From Meyerozyma guilliermondii (lineage: Eukaryota), in assembly GCA_051546255.1 (NCBI GenBank), contig CP128816.1:992001-1056000 (forward strand): 64,000 nucleotides of DNA, read 5' to 3'. Positions within the stretch are counted from its first letter, which is position 1, and the number at the start of each line of letters is the position of its first letter. Below the pieces are notes generated by a model. It was not told the origin of the DNA. It ran no database searches and worked only from the letters and a program-made list of their open reading frames with translations. A program made the translations under genes and the position numbers. Positions 62,340 to 64,000 of the stretch are shown here, piece after piece.

Positions 62340-63326
62340 TCAATCTTCGATCTTGCTGAGAGTGTCACCCTTCCACCACTTGAATCCGATTCCGTAACCC
62401 CATGGATCGTTAACATACCTAACAGGGTGGCCCTCCCCAATTTTATAAAGGGCGCTTAATTCCTCCTTATTCAATTTTGGCAATCTGACCATATTCTTAA
62501 TCCTATCGTAATTGGACGATCTGGGAATAGCAATCCTACCCTCGCATATGTGATATGCATTGACGATTTCATTGACTGTAACTCCATATTTGTCGGCCAA
62601 CTCTTTAACGTATGGAATCTTCAAAACAGGAGCACCAGTGCCTCCAACAGGACTATAAGCCTCGATAAGAATTTTGTGTTCAGCGCAGAAATCAACCAAA
62701 TCCTGTTGAGGCAATTGAGGGTGATACTCAATTTGATTAACAACAGGCACGAAATGCTTAACCTTGGGAAGAAGTTGCTTAAGTTTGGTAATTGAGTAAT
62801 TTGACACGCCAACTGATCTCACCTTATTCGTATTCGCTTTAATGTCTTCAATGGCATTGTATACGTCGATGAACTTGGTCCCTGTAACGGGGTCGTCATC
62901 GTATTTCACATTTTCATCATCGGCCATAGGTTTCGAAGGAGTTCCGTCAGGTCCACCCTTCAGACAAATGGGCCAATGCTGCAAAAATAAGTCAACGTAA
63001 TCAATTCCTAAATCGGAAAGGGACGTATCTAACGACTTCTCAGGACTATGCCAAAATGAATGCCAAACTTTAGTTGTGATGAAGAGGTCCTCTCTCTTAA
63101 CAACACCTTCATCAAACAATTCCTTGAGAGCTTCACCGATATACTTCTCCGTACCATAATACCACGCAGTGTCAATCAAACGAAAGCCAGCTTTCACAGC
63201 GGTAATAATAATATCCTTGACTTGACTTGGATCATCAGGGGGTACAGTTCCAATACCGAGAGCTGGAATTTTTGATCCGTCATTCAAGTCAAACGTAATT
63301 TCCGTTGCGAATTTGTTCTGCGCCAT
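62340..63326 (-). CDS. ARA1: Aldo-keto reductase, D-arabinose dehydrogenase Ara1-like
   Basis: IPALGIGT, IDTAWYYGTE, DLFITTKVW, LFLQHWP, GVSNYS, VNQIEYHP and the C-terminal DPWGYGIGFKWWKGDTLSK typical of Candida Ara1. Confidence 0.88.
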   Translation of the reverse strand: MAQNKFATEITFDLNDGSKIPALGIGTVPPDDPSQVKDIIITAVKAGFRLIDTAWYYGTEKYIGEALKELFDEGVVKREDLFITTKVWHSFWHSPEKSLDTSLSDLGIDYVDLFLQHWPICLKGGPDGTPSKPMADDENVKYDDDPVTGTKFIDVYNAIEDIKANTNKVRSVGVSNYSITKLKQLLPKVKHFVPVVNQIEYHPQLPQQDLVDFCAEHKILIEAYSPVGGTGAPVLKIPYVKELADKYGVTVNEIVNAYHICEGRIAIPRSSNYDRIKNMVRLPKLNKEELSALYKIGEGHPVRYVNDPWGYGIGFKWWKGDTLSKIED

Positions 63327-64000
63327 TATCGGTTGATTGAAAAATGTGTCTTGACTACTTTATATACTCCGAAAGATGCTCCGGTATACTATAGTCCGTT
63401 GCTTGCTTTACCCCGCTTGCTTGCTTTCGTTTTGTATGATTGAATTTGACTCAATGGGTTCTAAATAGTTGTCAATTAGGTTAAATCATACAACTCCCGA
63501 TGAGCTATACTTCCACTTCTAATAGTCTTTAATTCCGTATGAAATCTCTACTTTCTAGTCGTTCAACATCCACGTTCAGTAGCTTAGTCATCCACAGTTT
63601 AGTTAAGAGAGAACTTGGTGGGAAGAGAGTCAAGAATATCTTGATGTAGGCAACCTCTCTTTTGGGTGTGGTTCGTGTTAGAACGGTTTCCGACGACTTA
63701 CTGAGCCATTTGGTATGGTTCTTGCTACTGCAGGTTTCTTACAATAAGGTGAAACATCCTCTCGACAGTGAATTGCAACCGATTAAGTAAGCTTACTCTG
63801 GGAAGCTGGATAACGTAGTCCCGATAGCAATATAGACGCTGTTAGTATTTCCTGTGTTCAATACATGATAAGCATCGCTACCCTTATTACCAATAGATTA
63901 TAACCATATCACCTGAAGAATAAGGTGTCAACTATTTGGAATCAACAATTAGTAGGACACCTACGCCGAAACGAATACGAAACAACGATAAAGATAAAAG

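Overview
Gene-dense eukaryotic chromosomal DNA from a budding yeast of the CUG-Ser (CTG) clade. CTG occupies invariant Ser positions in several genes. The compactness, tiny introns and protein style suggest a Meyerozyma/Debaryomycetaceae-type species, but that is an inference. There are about 39 protein-coding genes, mostly housekeeping: FAA2-like (partial), SGF11, SEN54, UPF3, THP1, FRE8, AIR1/2, TVP18, SFH5, JJJ2, MCD4, TRP3, RFA3, DOA1, SAC1, YRA2-like, HOL1-family, MIR1, RPA34, VID28, TPK1, HAL5-like, CLA4, WOR1-like, COS111, TFA2, NTF2, AIM21, CWC21, an MNN2-family gene and ARA1. Three spliceosomal introns missed by the ORF track were resolved (SGF11, YRA2-like, NTF2). No tRNA, rRNA, CRISPR array or recognisable transposon was seen. 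Most notable observations: (i) two apparently catalytically dead RNase III-fold proteins, a CDL1-like pseudo-Dicer and an orphan, probably mitochondrial, protein with degenerate RNase III motifs; (ii) a 2.66-kb AT-rich gene-free gap between convergent genes, a candidate regional centromere or ncRNA locus; (iii) an orphan resembling the complex I assembly factor NDUFAF4; (iv) a recurrent TCGCGA promoter element and ~70-bp bidirectional promoters. All gene calls come from recalled family motifs; no database searches were run.
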